The notes beneath the pieces are model-generated. The model was not told where the DNA came from, ran no database searches, and saw nothing but the letters and a program-made list of their open reading frames with translations. A stretch of DNA of 64,000 nt from Utricularia gibba (lineage: Eukaryota > Plantae > Magnoliophyta), in NCBI GenBank assembly GCA_002189035.1, contig NEEC01000032.1:1-64000 (forward strand), in the 5' to 3' direction. Positions 13,501 through 27,800 of the stretch are shown here, one piece after another. Each line of letters opens with the position of its first letter. The stretch's first letter is position 1. A program made the position numbers and the translations under genes.

Positions 13501-16500
13501 AGAAACCATGTAGGCAGCCAATTAAAACCCAACGTTAAGAAATGCATCAAGTTTTTTGCCGAGCACAAATGACTATGGGCCCGAGCTCGACTCGACCTCC
13601 TTCTCGATACCGTTGCCCCACGAGAGCGCCTCCTCAGATATAAAGCATGCGGTTGAGAAAACCATTTTGGGTGCTCATGACATCCTAACTTCAATAAGTG
13701 CATCACGATTTTCGTCGAGTAGGACCCGATGTGGCAAAGGAGTCAGACCGAACCTTGGGTCAGAACGAAGTTCACAACGACATCACCCGCCCAAAAACGA
13801 CAAGCTTTTCCTTGAGAAACCATGTAGGCAGCCAATTAAAACCCAACGTTAAGAAATGCATCAAGTTTTTTGCCGAGCTACAAATGACTATGGGCCCGAG
13901 CTCGACTCGACCTCCTTCTCGATACCGTTGCCCCACGAGAGCGCCTCCTCAGATATAAAGCATGCGGTTGAGAAAACCATTTTGGGTGCTCATGACATCC
14001 TAACTTCAATAAGTGCATCACGATTTTCGTCGAGTAGGACCCGATGTGGCAATTGGGTCAGAACGAAGTTCACAACGACATCACCCGCCCAAAAACGACA
14101 AGCTTTTCCTTGAGAAACCATGTAGGCAGCCAATTAAAACCCAACGTTAAGAAATGCATCAAGTTTTTTGCCGAGCTACAAATGACTATGGGCCCGAGCT
14201 CGACTCGACCTCCTTCTCGATACCGTTGCCCCACGAGAGCGCCTCCTCAGATATAAAGCATGCGGTTGAGAAAACCATTTTGGGTGCTCATGACATCCTA
14301 ACTTCAATAAGTGCATCACGATTTTCGTCGAGTAGGACCCGATGTGGCAAAGGAGTCAGACCGAACCTTGGGTCAGAACGAAGTTCACAACGACATCACC
14401 CGCCCAAAAACGACAAGCTTTTCCTTGAGAAACCATGTAGGCAGCCAATTAAAACCCAACGTTAAGAAATGCATCAAGTTTTTTGCCGAGCACAAATGAC
14501 TATGGGCCCGAGCTCGACTCGACCTCCTTCTCGATACCGTTGCCCCACGAGAGCGCCTCCTCAATATAAAGCATGCGGTTGAGAAAACCATTTTGGGTGC
14601 TCATGACATCCTAACTTCAATAAGTGCATCACGATTTTCGTCGAGTAGGACCCGATGTGGCAAAGGAGTCAGACCGAACCTTGGGTCAGAACGAAGTTCA
14701 CAACGACATCACCCGCCCAAAAACGACAAGCTTTTCCTTGAGAAACCATGTAGGCAGCCAATTAAAACCCAACGTTAAGAAATGCATCAAGTTTTTTGCC
14801 GAGCTACAAATGACTATGGCCCGAGCTCGACTCGACCTCCTTCTCGATACCGTTGCCCCACGAGAGCGCCTCCTCAGATATAAAGCATGCGGTTGAGAAA
14901 ACCATTTTGGGTGCTCATGACATCCTAACTTCAATAAGTGCATCACGATTTTCGTCGAGTAGGACCCGATGTGGCAAAGGAGTCAGACCGAACCTTGGGT
15001 CAGAACGAAGTTCACAACGACATCACCGCCCAAAAACGACAAGCTTTTCCTTGAGAAACCATGTAGGCAGCCAATTAAAACCCAACGTTAAGAAATGCAT
15101 CAAGTTTTTTGCCGAGCACAAATGACTATGGGCCCGAGCTCGACTCGACCTCCTTCTCGATACCGTTGCCCCACGAGAGCGCCTCCTCAGATATAAAGCA
15201 TGCGGTTGAGAAAACCATTTTGGGTGCTATGACATCCTAACTTCAATAAGTGCATCACGATTTTCGTCGAGTAGGACCCGATGTGGCAAAGGAGTCAGAC
15301 CGAACCTTGGGTCAGAACGAAGTTCACAACGACATCACCCGCCCAAAAACGACAAGCTTTTCCTTGAGAAACCATGTAGGCAGCCAATTAAAACCCAACG
15401 TTAAGAAATGCATCAAGTTTTTTGCCGAGCTACAAATGACTATGGGCCCGAGCTCGACTCGACCCTTCTCGATACCGTTGCCCCACGAGAGCGCCTCCTC
15501 AGATATAAAGCATGCGGTTGAGAAAACCATTTTGGGTGCTCATGACATCCTAACTTCAATAAGTGCATCACGATTTTCGTCGAGTAGGACCCGATGTGGC
15601 AAAGGAGGGTCAGAACGAAGTTCACAACGACATCAAAAAACGACAAGCTTTTCCTTGAGAAACCATGTAGGCAGCCAATTAAAACCCAACGTTAAGAAAT
15701 GCATCAAGTTTTTTGCCGAACAAATGACTATGGGCCCGAGCTCGACTCGACCTCCTTCTCGATACCGTTGCCCACGAGAGCGCCTCCTCAGATATAAAGC
15801 ATGCGGTTGAGAAAACCATTTTGGGTGCTTATGACATCCTAACTTCAATAAGTGCATCACGATTTTCGTCGAGTAGGACCCGATGTGGCAAAGGAGTCAG
15901 ACCGAACCTTGGGTCAGAACGAAGTTCACAACGACATCACCCGCCCAAAAACGACAAGCTTTTCCTTGAGAAACCATGTAGGCAGCCAATTAAAACCCAA
16001 CGTTAAGAAATGCATCAAGTTTTTTGCCGAGCCACAAATGACTATGGGCCCGAGCTCGACTCGACCTATACCGTTGCCCCACGAGAGCGCCTCCTCAGAT
16101 ATAAAGCATGCGGTTGAGAAAACCATTTTGGGTGCTTATGACATCCTAACTTCAATAAGTGCATCACGATTTTCGTCGAGTAGGACCCGATGTGGCAAAG
16201 GAGTCAGACCGAACCTTGGGTCAGAACGAAGTTCACAACGACATCACCCGCCCAAAAACGACAAGCTTTTCCTTGAGAAACCATGTAGGCAGCCAATTAA
16301 AACCCAACGTTAAGAAATGCATCAAGTTTTTTGCCGAGCTACAAATGACTATGGGCCCGAGCTCGACTCGACCTCCTTCTCGATACCGTTGCCCCACGAG
16401 AGCGCCTCCTCAGATATAAAGCATGCGGTTGAGAAAACCATTTTGGGTGCTCATGACATCCTAACTTCAATAAGTGCATCACGATTTTCGTCGAGTAGGA

Positions 16501-19500
16501 CCCGATGTGGCAAAGGAGTCAGACCGAACCTTGGGTCAGAACGAAGTTCACAACGACATTTTTCCTTGAGAAACCATGTAGGCAGCCAGTTAAGGCATCC
16601 CGATGACTAAGCTCGAAGATACCGTTGCCCCACGAGAGCGCGCGGTTGAGAAAACCATTTTGGGTGGACAAAGTGCATCACAGAACGAAGTACAGACGAC
16701 ATTCACAACGACATCACCCGCCCAAAAACGACAAGCTTTTCCTTGAGAAACCATGTAGGCAGCCAATTAAAACCCAACGTTAAGAAATGCATCAAGTTTT
16801 TTGCCGAGCTGACATGTCGACTCGACCTATACCGTTGCCGAGAGCGCCGAGCATGCGGTTGAGAAAACCATTTTGGGTGCTCATGACATCCTAACTTCAA
16901 TAAGTGCATCACGATTTTCGTCGAGTAGGACCCGATGTGGCAAAGGAGTCAGACCGAACCTTGGGTCAGAACGAAGTTCACAACGACATCACCCGCCCAA
17001 AAACGACAAGCTTTTCCTTGAGAAACCATGTAGGCAGCCAATTAAAACCCAACGTTAAGAAATGCATCAAGTTTTTTGCCGAGTGACTATGGGCCCGAGC
17101 TCGACTCGAATACCGTTGCCCACGAGAGCGCCTCCTCAGATATAAAGCATGCGGTTGAGAAAACCATTTTGGGTGCTTGACATCCTAACTTCAATAAGTG
17201 CATCACGATTTTCGTCGAGTAGGACCCGATGTGGCAAAGGAGTCAGACCGAACCTTGGGTCAGAACGAAGTTCACAACGACATCACCCGCCCAAAAACGA
17301 CAAGCTTTTCCTTGAGAAACCATGTAGGCAGCCAGTTAGGCATCCCGATGTGGAACTCGAGATACCGAGTCAGCATGCGGTTGAGAAAACCATTTTGGGT
17401 GCTATGACATCCTAACTTCAATAAGTGGATTTTCGTCGAGTAGGACCCGATGTGGCAAAGGAGTCAGACCGAACCTTGGGTCAGAACGAAGTTCACAACG
17501 ACATCACCCGCCCAAAAACGACAAGCTTTTCCTTGAGAAACCATGTAGGCAGCCAATTAAAACCCAACGTTAAGAAATGCATCAAGTTTTTTGCCGAGCT
17601 GACTATGGGCCCGAGCTCGACTCGACCTCCTTCTCGATACCGTTGGAGAGCGCCGATATAAAGCATGCGGTTGAGAAAACCATTTTGGGTGCGACATCCT
17701 AACTTCAATAAGTGCATCACGATTTTCGTCGACCCGATGTGGCCCCAGAACGAAGAGACGCCTCCTCCATGTAGGCAGCCAATTAAAGTTAAGAAATGCA
17801 TCAAGTTTTTTGCCGAGCTTGACTATGAGCTCGACTCGAATACCACGAGAGCGCCTCCTCAGATATAAAGCATGCGGTTGAGAAAACCATTTTGGGTGCA
17901 TGACATCCTAACTTCAATAAGTGCATCACGATTTTCGTCGAGTAGGACCCACAGACCGAACAGAACGACAGACATCACCCGCCCAAAAACGACAAGCTTT
18001 TCCTTGAGAAACCATGTAGGCAGCCAATTAAAACCCAACGTTAAGAAATGCATCAAGTTTTTTGCCGAGCTACAAATGACTATGGGCCCGAGCTCGACTC
18101 GACGATACCGTTGCCCCACGAGAGCGCCTCCTCACATGCGGTTGAGAAAACCATTTTGGGTGCTATGACATCCTAACTTCAATAAGTGCATCACGATTTT
18201 CGTCGAGTAGGACCCGATGTGGCAAAGGAGTCAGACCGAACCTTGGGTCAGAACGAAGTTCACAACGACATCACCGCCCAAAAACGACAAGCTTTTCCTT
18301 GAGAAACCATGTAGGCAGCCAATTAAAACCCAACGTTAAGAAATGCATCAAGTTTTTTGCCGAGCCACAAATGACTATGGGCCCGAGCTCGACTCGACAT
18401 ACCATGCAAGGACGAGAAGTTCTCAGATTGGGTCAGAACCATTTTTCCTTGAGAAACCATGTAGGCAGCCAATTTTATGCATCAAGTTTTTTGCCGAGCT
18501 GGGGCCCGAGCTCGACTCGACCTATACCGTTGCCCCACGAGAAATGCATTTGAGAAAACCATTTTGGGTGCTTATGACATCCTAACTTCAATAAGTGCAT
18601 CACGATTTTCGTCGAGTAGGACCCGATGTGGCAATCAGTTCAGACATTTTTCCTTGAGGTAGGCAGCCAGTTAAGAAATGCATCACCGAACGACCTCGAC
18701 TCGAATAATCCTCACAAGAAAACCATTTTCATTGTGCAAAACCCGATGTTCAGACCGAACCTTAGAACCACAACGAGCCCAAAAACGACAAGCTTTTCCT
18801 TGAGAAACCATGTAGGCAGCCAATTAAAACCCAACGTTAAGAAATGCATCAAGTTTTTTGCCGAGCTACAAATGACTATGGGCCCGAGCTCGACTCGACC
18901 TCCTTCTCGATACCGTTGCCCCACGAGAGCGCCTCCTCAGATATAAAGCATGCGGTTGAGAAAACCATTTTGGGTGCTCATGACATCCTAACTTCAATAA
19001 GTGCATCACGATTTTCGTCGAGTAGGACCCGCCAGACCGAACCTTGGGTCAGAACGAAGTTCACAACGACATCAAAAAACGACAAGCTTTTCCTTGAGAA
19101 ACCATGTAGGCAGCCAATTAAAACCCAACGTTAAGAAATGCATCAAGTTTTTTGCCGAGCTACAAATGACTATGGGCCCGAGCTCGACTCGACCTCCTTC
19201 TCGATACCGTTGCCCCACGAGAAAAGATAGCATGCGGTTGAGAAAACCATTTTGGGTGCTCATGACATCCTATTCAATTCATCACGAATTTGTCGCAGAG
19301 CCCGAGCTCGACTCGACGAAAAGAGACATGCCCCCCGGGACACAAATTCATGACATCAAAAAACGACAAGCTTTTCCTTGAGAAACCATGTAGGCAGCCA
19401 ATTAAAACCCAACGTTAAGAAATGCATCAAGTTTTTTGCCGAGCCAAATGACTATGGGCCCGAGCTCGACTCGACGATACCGTTGCCCCACGAGAGCGCC

Positions 19501-22500
19501 TCGATATAAAGCATGCGGTTGAGAAAACCATTTTGGGTGCTTATGACATCCTAACTTCAATAAGTGCATCACGATTTTCGTCGAGATAGGACCCGATGTT
19601 TCAGGAAGTTCACCCAGAATCGAACGAAAAAAATCACCCCCCGAGAAATTTATTTTGTCAAGTTTGCGTTGCCGAGCTACAAATGACTATGGGCCCGAGC
19701 TCGACTCGACCTCCTTCCGATACCGTTGCCCCACGAGAGCGCCTTCAGATATAAAGCATGCGGTTGAGAAAACCATTTTGGGTGCTTATGACATCCTAAC
19801 TTCAATAAGTGCATCACGATTTTCGTCGAGTAGGACCCGATGTGGAAAAAGGAGTCAGACCGAACCTTGGGTCAGAACGAAGTTCACAACGACATCAAAC
19901 CCAAAAACGACAAGCTTTTCCTTGAGAAACCATGTAGGCAGACCAATTAAAACCCAACGTTAAGAAATGCATCAAGTTTTTTGCCGAGCCACTAAGCTCG
20001 ACTCGACCTATACCGTTGCCCCACGAGAGCGCCTCCTCAGATATAGCATGCGGTTGAGAAAACCATTTTGTCTTATGACATCCTAACTTCAAAAGTGCAT
20101 CACGATTTTCGACATCCTAACTTCAATAAGTGCATCACGATTTTCGTCGAGTAGGACCCGATGTGGCAAAGGAGTCAGACCGAACCTTGGGTCAGAACGA
20201 AGTTCACAACGACATCACCCGCCCAAAAACGACAAGCTTTTCCTTGAGAAACCATGTAGGCAGCCAATTAAAACCCAACGTTAAGAAATGCATCAAGTTT
20301 TTTGCCGAGCTACAAATGACTATGGGCCCGAGCTCGACTCGACCTATAACGAGAGCGACATGCGGTTGAGAAAACCATTTTGGGTGCTCATGACATCCTA
20401 ACTTCAATAAGTGCAGATAGTAGGACCCGATGTGGCCAGACCGAACCTTGGGTCAGAACGAAGTTCACAACGACATCTTTTCCTTGAGAAACCATGTAGG
20501 CAGCCAATTAAAACCCAACGTTAAGAAATGCATCAAGTTTTTTGCCGAGCCAAATGACTATGGGCCCGAGCTCGACTCGAGATACCGTTGGAGAGCGCCG
20601 ATATAAAGCATGCGGTTGAGAAAACCAATGACATCCTAACTTCAATAAGTGCATCACGATTTTCGTCGAGTAGGACCCGATGTGGCAAAGGAGTCAGACC
20701 GAACCTTGGGTCAGAACGAAGTTCACAACGACATCACCGCCCAAAAACGACAAGCTTTTCCTTGAGAAACCATGTAGGCAGCCAATTAAAACCCAACGTT
20801 AAGAAATGCATCAAGTTTTTTGCCGAGCCACAAATGACTATGGGCCCGAGCTCGACTCGACCTCCTTCTCGATACCGTTGCCCCACGAGAGCGCCTCCTC
20901 AGATATAAAGCATGCGGTTGAGAAAACCATTTTGGGTGCTTATGACATCCTAACTTCAATAAGTGCATCACGATTTTCGTCGAGTAGGACCCGATGTGGA
21001 AAGGAGTCAGACCGAACCTTGGGTCAGAACGAAGTTCACAACGACATCACTTTTCCTTGAGGTCAGCCAACGTTAAGTTCACCGAACGACATCAAACCCA
21101 AAAGAACAAGAAAACCATTTTGGGTGCCATTGATCACGAAGTACCCGATGTGCAGACCGAATTATTTCAAAAAACGACAAGCTTTTCCTTGAGAAACCAT
21201 GTAGGCAGCCAATTAAAACCCAACGTTAAGAAATGCATCAAGTTTTTTGCCGAGCTACAAATGACTATGGGCCCGAGCTCGACTCGACCATACCGTTGCC
21301 CCACGAGAGCGCCTCGATATAAAGCATGCGGTTGAGAAAACCATTTTGGGTGCTTATGACATCCTAACTTCAATAAGTGCATCACGATTTTCGTCGAGTA
21401 GGACCCGATGTGGCCAGACCGAACCTTGGGTCAGAACGAAGTTCACAACGACATCTGCCCAAATTGCATGCTTGAGAAAGACCATGCATAGGCATGACAT
21501 CCTAACTTCAATAAGTGCATCACGATTTTCGTCGAGTAGACCCGATGTTTCAGAACCAGACATTTTTCCTTGAGAAACCATGTAGGCAGCCAATTAAAAC
21601 CCAACGTTATGCATCAAGTATGGGCCCGAGCTCGACTCGACCGATACCGTTGCCCCGAGAGCGCCTCCATCAGATATTTGAGAAACCCAGCCAATTGTTA
21701 AGAAATGCATCAAGTTTTTTGCTTGACTATGGGCCCGAGCTCGACTCGACCTATAACGAACATGCGCCAATGACAGTGCATCACGATTTTCGTCGAGTAG
21801 GACCCGATGTGGCAGAAGGAGTCAGACCACTTGGGTCAGAACGAAGAAATGCATCACCGAACGACATCAAACCATAAAACGACAATGACATTTTCCATTG
21901 AGTAACCCGACCATGTCAGGCAGACCAATTAAAACCCAAGTTAAGAAATGCATCAAGTTTTTTGCCGAGCACAAATGACTATGGGCCCGAGCTCGACTCG
22001 ACCGATACCGTTGCTCGAATATGACATCCTAACTTCAATAAGTGCAGCACGATTTTCGTCGAGTAGGACCCGATGTTCAGACCGAACCTCAGAACGAAGT
22101 TCACAACGACATCACAAAAACGACAAGCTTTTCCTTGAGAAACCATGTAGGCAGCCAATTAAAACCCAACGTTAAGAAATGCATCAAGTTTTTTGCCGAG
22201 CTGACTATGGGCCCGAGCTCGACTCGACCATACCGTTGCTCGCATGCAGAAAACCATTATGACATCCTAACTTCAATAAGTGCATCACGATTTTCGTCGA
22301 GTAGGACCCGATGTGGCAAAGTCAGACCGAACCTTGGGTCAGAACGAAGTTCACAACGACATCACCGCCCAAAAACGACAAGCTTTTCCTTGAGAAACCA
22401 TGTAGGCAGCCAATTAAAACCCAACGTTAAGAAATGCATCAAGTTTTTTGCCGAGCCACAAATGACTATGGGCCCGAGCTCGACTCGAGATACCGTTGCC

Positions 22501-24849
22501 CCACGAGAGCGCCTCCTCAGATATAAAGCATGCGGTTGAGAAAACCATTTTGGGTGCTCATGACATCCTAACTTCAATAAGTGCATCACGATTTTCGTCG
22601 AGTAGGACCCGATGTGGCAAAGGAGTCAGACCGAACCTTGGGTCAGAACGAAGTTCACAACGACATCACCCGCCCAAAAACGACAAGCTTTTCCTTGAGA
22701 AACCATGTAGGCAGCCAATTAAAACCCAACGTTAAGAAATGCATCAAGTTTTTTGCCGAGCTACAAATGACTATGGGCCCGAGCTCGACTCGACCATACC
22801 GTTGCCCCACGAGAGCAGAGCATGCGGTTGAGAAAACCATTATGACATCGTGCATCACGATTACCCGAATGACTCATTTTTTGATCAGCCAATTTTATGC
22901 ATCACTGGGCCCGAGCTCGACTCGAATACCATGCAATATGACATCCTAACTTCAATAAGTGCATCACGATTTCGTCGAGTAGGACCCGATGTGGCAAAGG
23001 AGTCAGACCGAACCTTGGGTCAGAACGAAGTTCACAACGACATTGAGAAACCCAGCGTTAAGAAATGCATCAAGTTTTTTGACCGAGCCACAAAACTGGG
23101 CCCGAGACTCGTTCTCTTAGTTGCGCCTCGAGCAACGACATGCATGCAGAAAACCATTTTGGGTGCTCATGACACGAAGTAACCCGATGTGGCAATCAGA
23201 CCGAACCTTGCAGAACGAAGTTCACAACGACATTTTTCCTTGAGAAACCATGTAGGCAGCCAATTAAAACCCAACGTTAAGAAATGCATCAAGTTTTTTG
23301 CCGAGCCACAAATGACTATGGGCCCGAGCTCGACTCGACCCAGTTCTCGATACCGACATTGCCCAAGAAGAGCATGCCTTGAGAAAACCATGCAAGAAAA
23401 CCATTTTGGGTGCATGACATCCTAACTTCAATAAGTGCATCACGATTTTCGTCGAGTAGGACCCGATGTGGCAAAGGAGTCAGACCGAACCTTGGGTCAG
23501 AACGAAGTTCACAACGACATTTTTCCTTGAGAAACCATGTAGGCAGCCAATTAAAACCCAACGTTAAGAAATGCATCAAGTTTTTTGCCGAGCCACAAAT
23601 GACTATGGGCCCGAGCTCGACTCGACCGATACCGTTGGAGAGCGCCTGCATGCGGTTGAGAAAACCATTTTGGGTGCTCATGACATCCTAACTTCAATAA
23701 GTGCATCACGATTTTCGTCGAGTAGGACCCGATGTGGCAAAGGAGTCAGACCGAACCTTGCATCAGACATTTAGAAACCATGTAGGCAGCCAGCATCAAG
23801 TTTCCGAAGAAAAACCTCATACCGTTTGCCCCATAAAGCATATTGAGAAAACCATTTTGCTCTTATGCATCCTGAAAATAAGTGCATCACCGATTTTCGT
23901 CGAGTAGGACCCGACAAAGGAGTCAGACCGAACCTTGGGTCAGAACGAAGTTCACAACGACATCATTTTCCTTGAGAAACCATGTAGGCAGCCAATTAAA
24001 ACCCAACGTTAAGAAATGCATCCCGAGCGAGAAAATACCATGAGCCGTTGCCCATGACGTGCATCACGATACCCGATTTTCACCATTTAGGTAGTTATTA
24101 AGAAATGCATCCCGATGACTATGAGAACCAACCATCGAACGATGGTGCAGACGAACCCGATTTCAGAACCAGACATCATTTTCCTTGAGAAACCATGTAG
24201 GCAGCCAATTAAAACCCAACGTTAAGAAATGCATCAAGTTTTTTGCCGAGCACAAATGACTATGGGCCCGAGCTCGACTCGACCATACCGTTGCCCCACG
24301 AGAGCGCCGCATGCGGTCCAATGACATCCTAACTTCAATAAGTGCATCACGATTTTCGTCGAGTAGGACCCGATGTGGCAAAGGAGTCAGACCGAACCTT
24401 GGGTCAGAACGAAGTTCACAACGACATCACCAAAAACGACAAGCTTTTCCTTGAGAAACCATGTAGGCAGCCAATTAAAACCCAACGTTAAGAAATGCAT
24501 CAAGTTTTTTGCCGAGCCACAAATGACTATGGGCCCGAGCTCGACTCGACCACTCGATACCGTTGCCCCACGAGAGCGCCTCCTCAGATATAAAGCATGC
24601 GGTTGAGAAAACCATTTTGGGTGCTCATGACATCCTAACTTCAATAAGTGCATCACGATTTTCGTCGAGTAGGACCCGATGTGGCAAAGGAGTCAGACCG
24701 AACCTTGGGTCAGAACGAAGTTCACAACGACATCACCGCCCAAAAACGACAAGCTTTTCCTTGAGAAACCATGTAGGCAGCCAATTAAAACCCAACGTTA
24801 AGAAATGCATCAAGTTTTTTGCCGAGCCACAAATGACTATGGGCCCGAG

Positions 24850-27800
24850 CTCGACTCGACCACCTGCTCGATACCGTTGCCCCACGAGAGCGCCTTATCA
24901 AATATAAAGCATGCGGTTGAGAAAACCATTTTGGGTGCTCATGACATCCTAACTTCAATAAGTGCAGCACGATTTTCGTCGAGTAGGACCCGATGTGGCA
25001 AAGGAGTCAGACCGAACCTTGGGTCAGAACGAAGTTCACAACGACATCACCCGCCCAAAAACGACAAGCTTTTCCTTGAGAAACCATGTAGGCAGCCAAT
25101 TAAAACCCAACGTTAAGATGCCATCAGCCGTTTGCATCAAGTTGCCGAGCCACAAATGACTATGGGCCCGAGCTCGACTCGACCACCTGCTCGATACCGT
25201 TGCCCTACGAGAGCGCCTACATGCGGTTGAGAAAACCATTTTGGGTGCCATCCTAACTTCAATAAGTGCATCACGATTTTCGTCGAGTAGGACCCGATGT
25301 GGCAAAGGAGTCAGACCGAACCTTGGGTCAGAACGAAGTTCACAACGACATCACCAGCCCAAAAACGACAAGCTTTTCCTTGAGAAACCATGTAGGCAGC
25401 CAATTAAAACCCAACGTTAAGAAATGCATCAAGTTTTTTGCCGAGCCACAAATGACTATGGGCCCGAGCTCGACTCGACCATACCGTTGCCCCACGAGAG
25501 CGCCTTCAAATATAAAGCATGCGGTTGAGAAAACCAATGACATCCTAACTTCAATAAGTGCAGCACGATTTTCGTCGAGTAGGACCCGATGTGGCAAAGG
25601 AGTCAGACCGAACCTTGGGTCAGAACGAAGTTCACAACGACATCACCCGCCCAAAAACGACAAGCTTTTCCTTGAGAAACCATGTAGGCAGCCAATTAAA
25701 ACCCAACGTTAAGAAATGCATCAAGTTTTTTGCCGAGCCACAAATGACTATGGGCCCGAGCTCGACTCGACCACCTGCTCGATACCGTTGCCCCACGAGA
25801 GCGCCTTATCAAATATAAAGCATGCGGTTGAGAAAACCATTTTGGGTGCTCATGACATCCTAACTTCAATAAGTGCATCACGATTTTCGTCGAGTAGGAC
25901 CCGATGTGGCAAAGGAGTCAGACCGAACCTTGGGTCAGAACGAAGTTCACAACGACATCACCAGCCCAAAAACGACAAGCTTTTCCTTGAGAAACCATGT
26001 AGGCAGCCAATTAAAACCCAACGTTAAGAAATGCATCAAGTTTTTTGCCGAGCCACAAATGACTATGGGCCCGAGCTCGACTCGACCACCTGCTCGATAC
26101 CGTTGGAGCAGCGAGAACCCGAAGTGGCAAAGGAGTCAGACCGAACCTTGGGTCAGAACGAAGTTCACAACGACATCACCAAAAACGACAAGCTTTTCCT
26201 TGAGAAACCATGTAGGCAGCCAATTAAAACCCAACGTTAAGAAATGCATCAAGTTTTTTGCCGAGCCACAAATGACTATGGGAGCTCGACTCGAGAGATA
26301 TGCTCAGCCAATTAAAACCCAACGTTAAGAAATGCATCAAGTTTTTTGCCGAGCCACAAATGACTATGGGCCCGAGCTCGACTCGACGCCGATTTGCCCT
26401 CATCAAATATAAAGCATGCGGTTGAGAAAACCATTTTGGGTGCTCATGACATCCTAACTTCAATAAGTGCAGCACGATTTTCGTCGAGTAGGACCCGATG
26501 TGGCAAAGGAGTCAGACCGAACCTTGGGTCAGAACGAAGTTCACAACGACATCACCAGCCAAAAACGACAAGCTTTTCCTTGAGAAACCATGTAGGCAGC
26601 CAATTAAAACCCAACGTTAAGAAATGCATCAAGTTTTTTGCCGAGCCACAAATGACTATGGGCCCGAGCTCGACTCGACCACCTGCTCGATACCGTTGCC
26701 CCACGAGAGCGCCTTATCAAATATAAAGCATGCGGTTGAGAAAACCATTTTGGGTGCTCATGACATCCTAACTTCAATAAGTGCAGCACGATTTTCGTCG
26801 AGTAGGACCCGATGTGGCAAAGGAGTCAGACCGAACCTTGGGTCAGAACGAAGTTCACAACGACATCACCAGCCCAAAAACGACAAGCTTTTCCTTGAGA
26901 AACCATGTAGGCAGCCAATTAAAACCCAACGTTAAGAAATGCATCAAGTTTTTTGCCGAGCCACAAATGACTATGGGCCCGAGCTCGACTCGACCGATAC
27001 CGTTGCCCTACGAGAGCGCCTTATCAGGCATGCGGTTGAGAAAACCATTTTGGGTGCTCATGACATCCTAACTTCAATAAGTGCACACGATTTTCGTCGA
27101 GTAGGACCCGACAGACCGAACCTTGGGTCAGAACGAAGTTCACAACGACATCACCAAAAACGACAAGCTTTTCCTTGAGAAACCATGTAGGCAGCCAATT
27201 AAAACCCAACGTTAAGAAATGCATCAAGTTTTTTGCCGAGCCACAAATGACTATGGGCCCGAGCTCGACTCGACCACCTATACCGTTGCCCTACGAGAGC
27301 GCCGCATGCGGTTGAGAAAACCATTATGACATCCTAACTTCAATAAGTGCAGCACGATTTTCGTCGAGTAGGACCCGAAGTGGCAAAGGAGTCAGACCGA
27401 ACCTTGGGTCAGAACGAAGTTCACAACGACATCACCAGCCCAAAAACGACAAGCTTTTCCTTGAGAAACCATGTAGGCAGCCAATTAAAACCCAACGTTA
27501 AGAAATGCATCAAGTTTTTTGCCGAGCCACAAATGACTATGGGCCCGAGCTCGACTCGAATACCGTTGCCCTACGAGAGCGCCTGCATGCGGTTGAGAAA
27601 ACCATTTTGGGTGCTCATGACATCCTAACTTCAATAAGTGCAGCACGATTTTCGTCGAGTAGGACCCAGACCGAACCTTGGGTCAGAACGCACAACGACA
27701 TTTTTCCTTGAGAAACCATGTAGGCAGCCAATTAAAACCCAACGTTAAGAAATGCATCAAGTTTTTTGCCGAGCCACAAATGACTATGGGCCCGAGCTCG

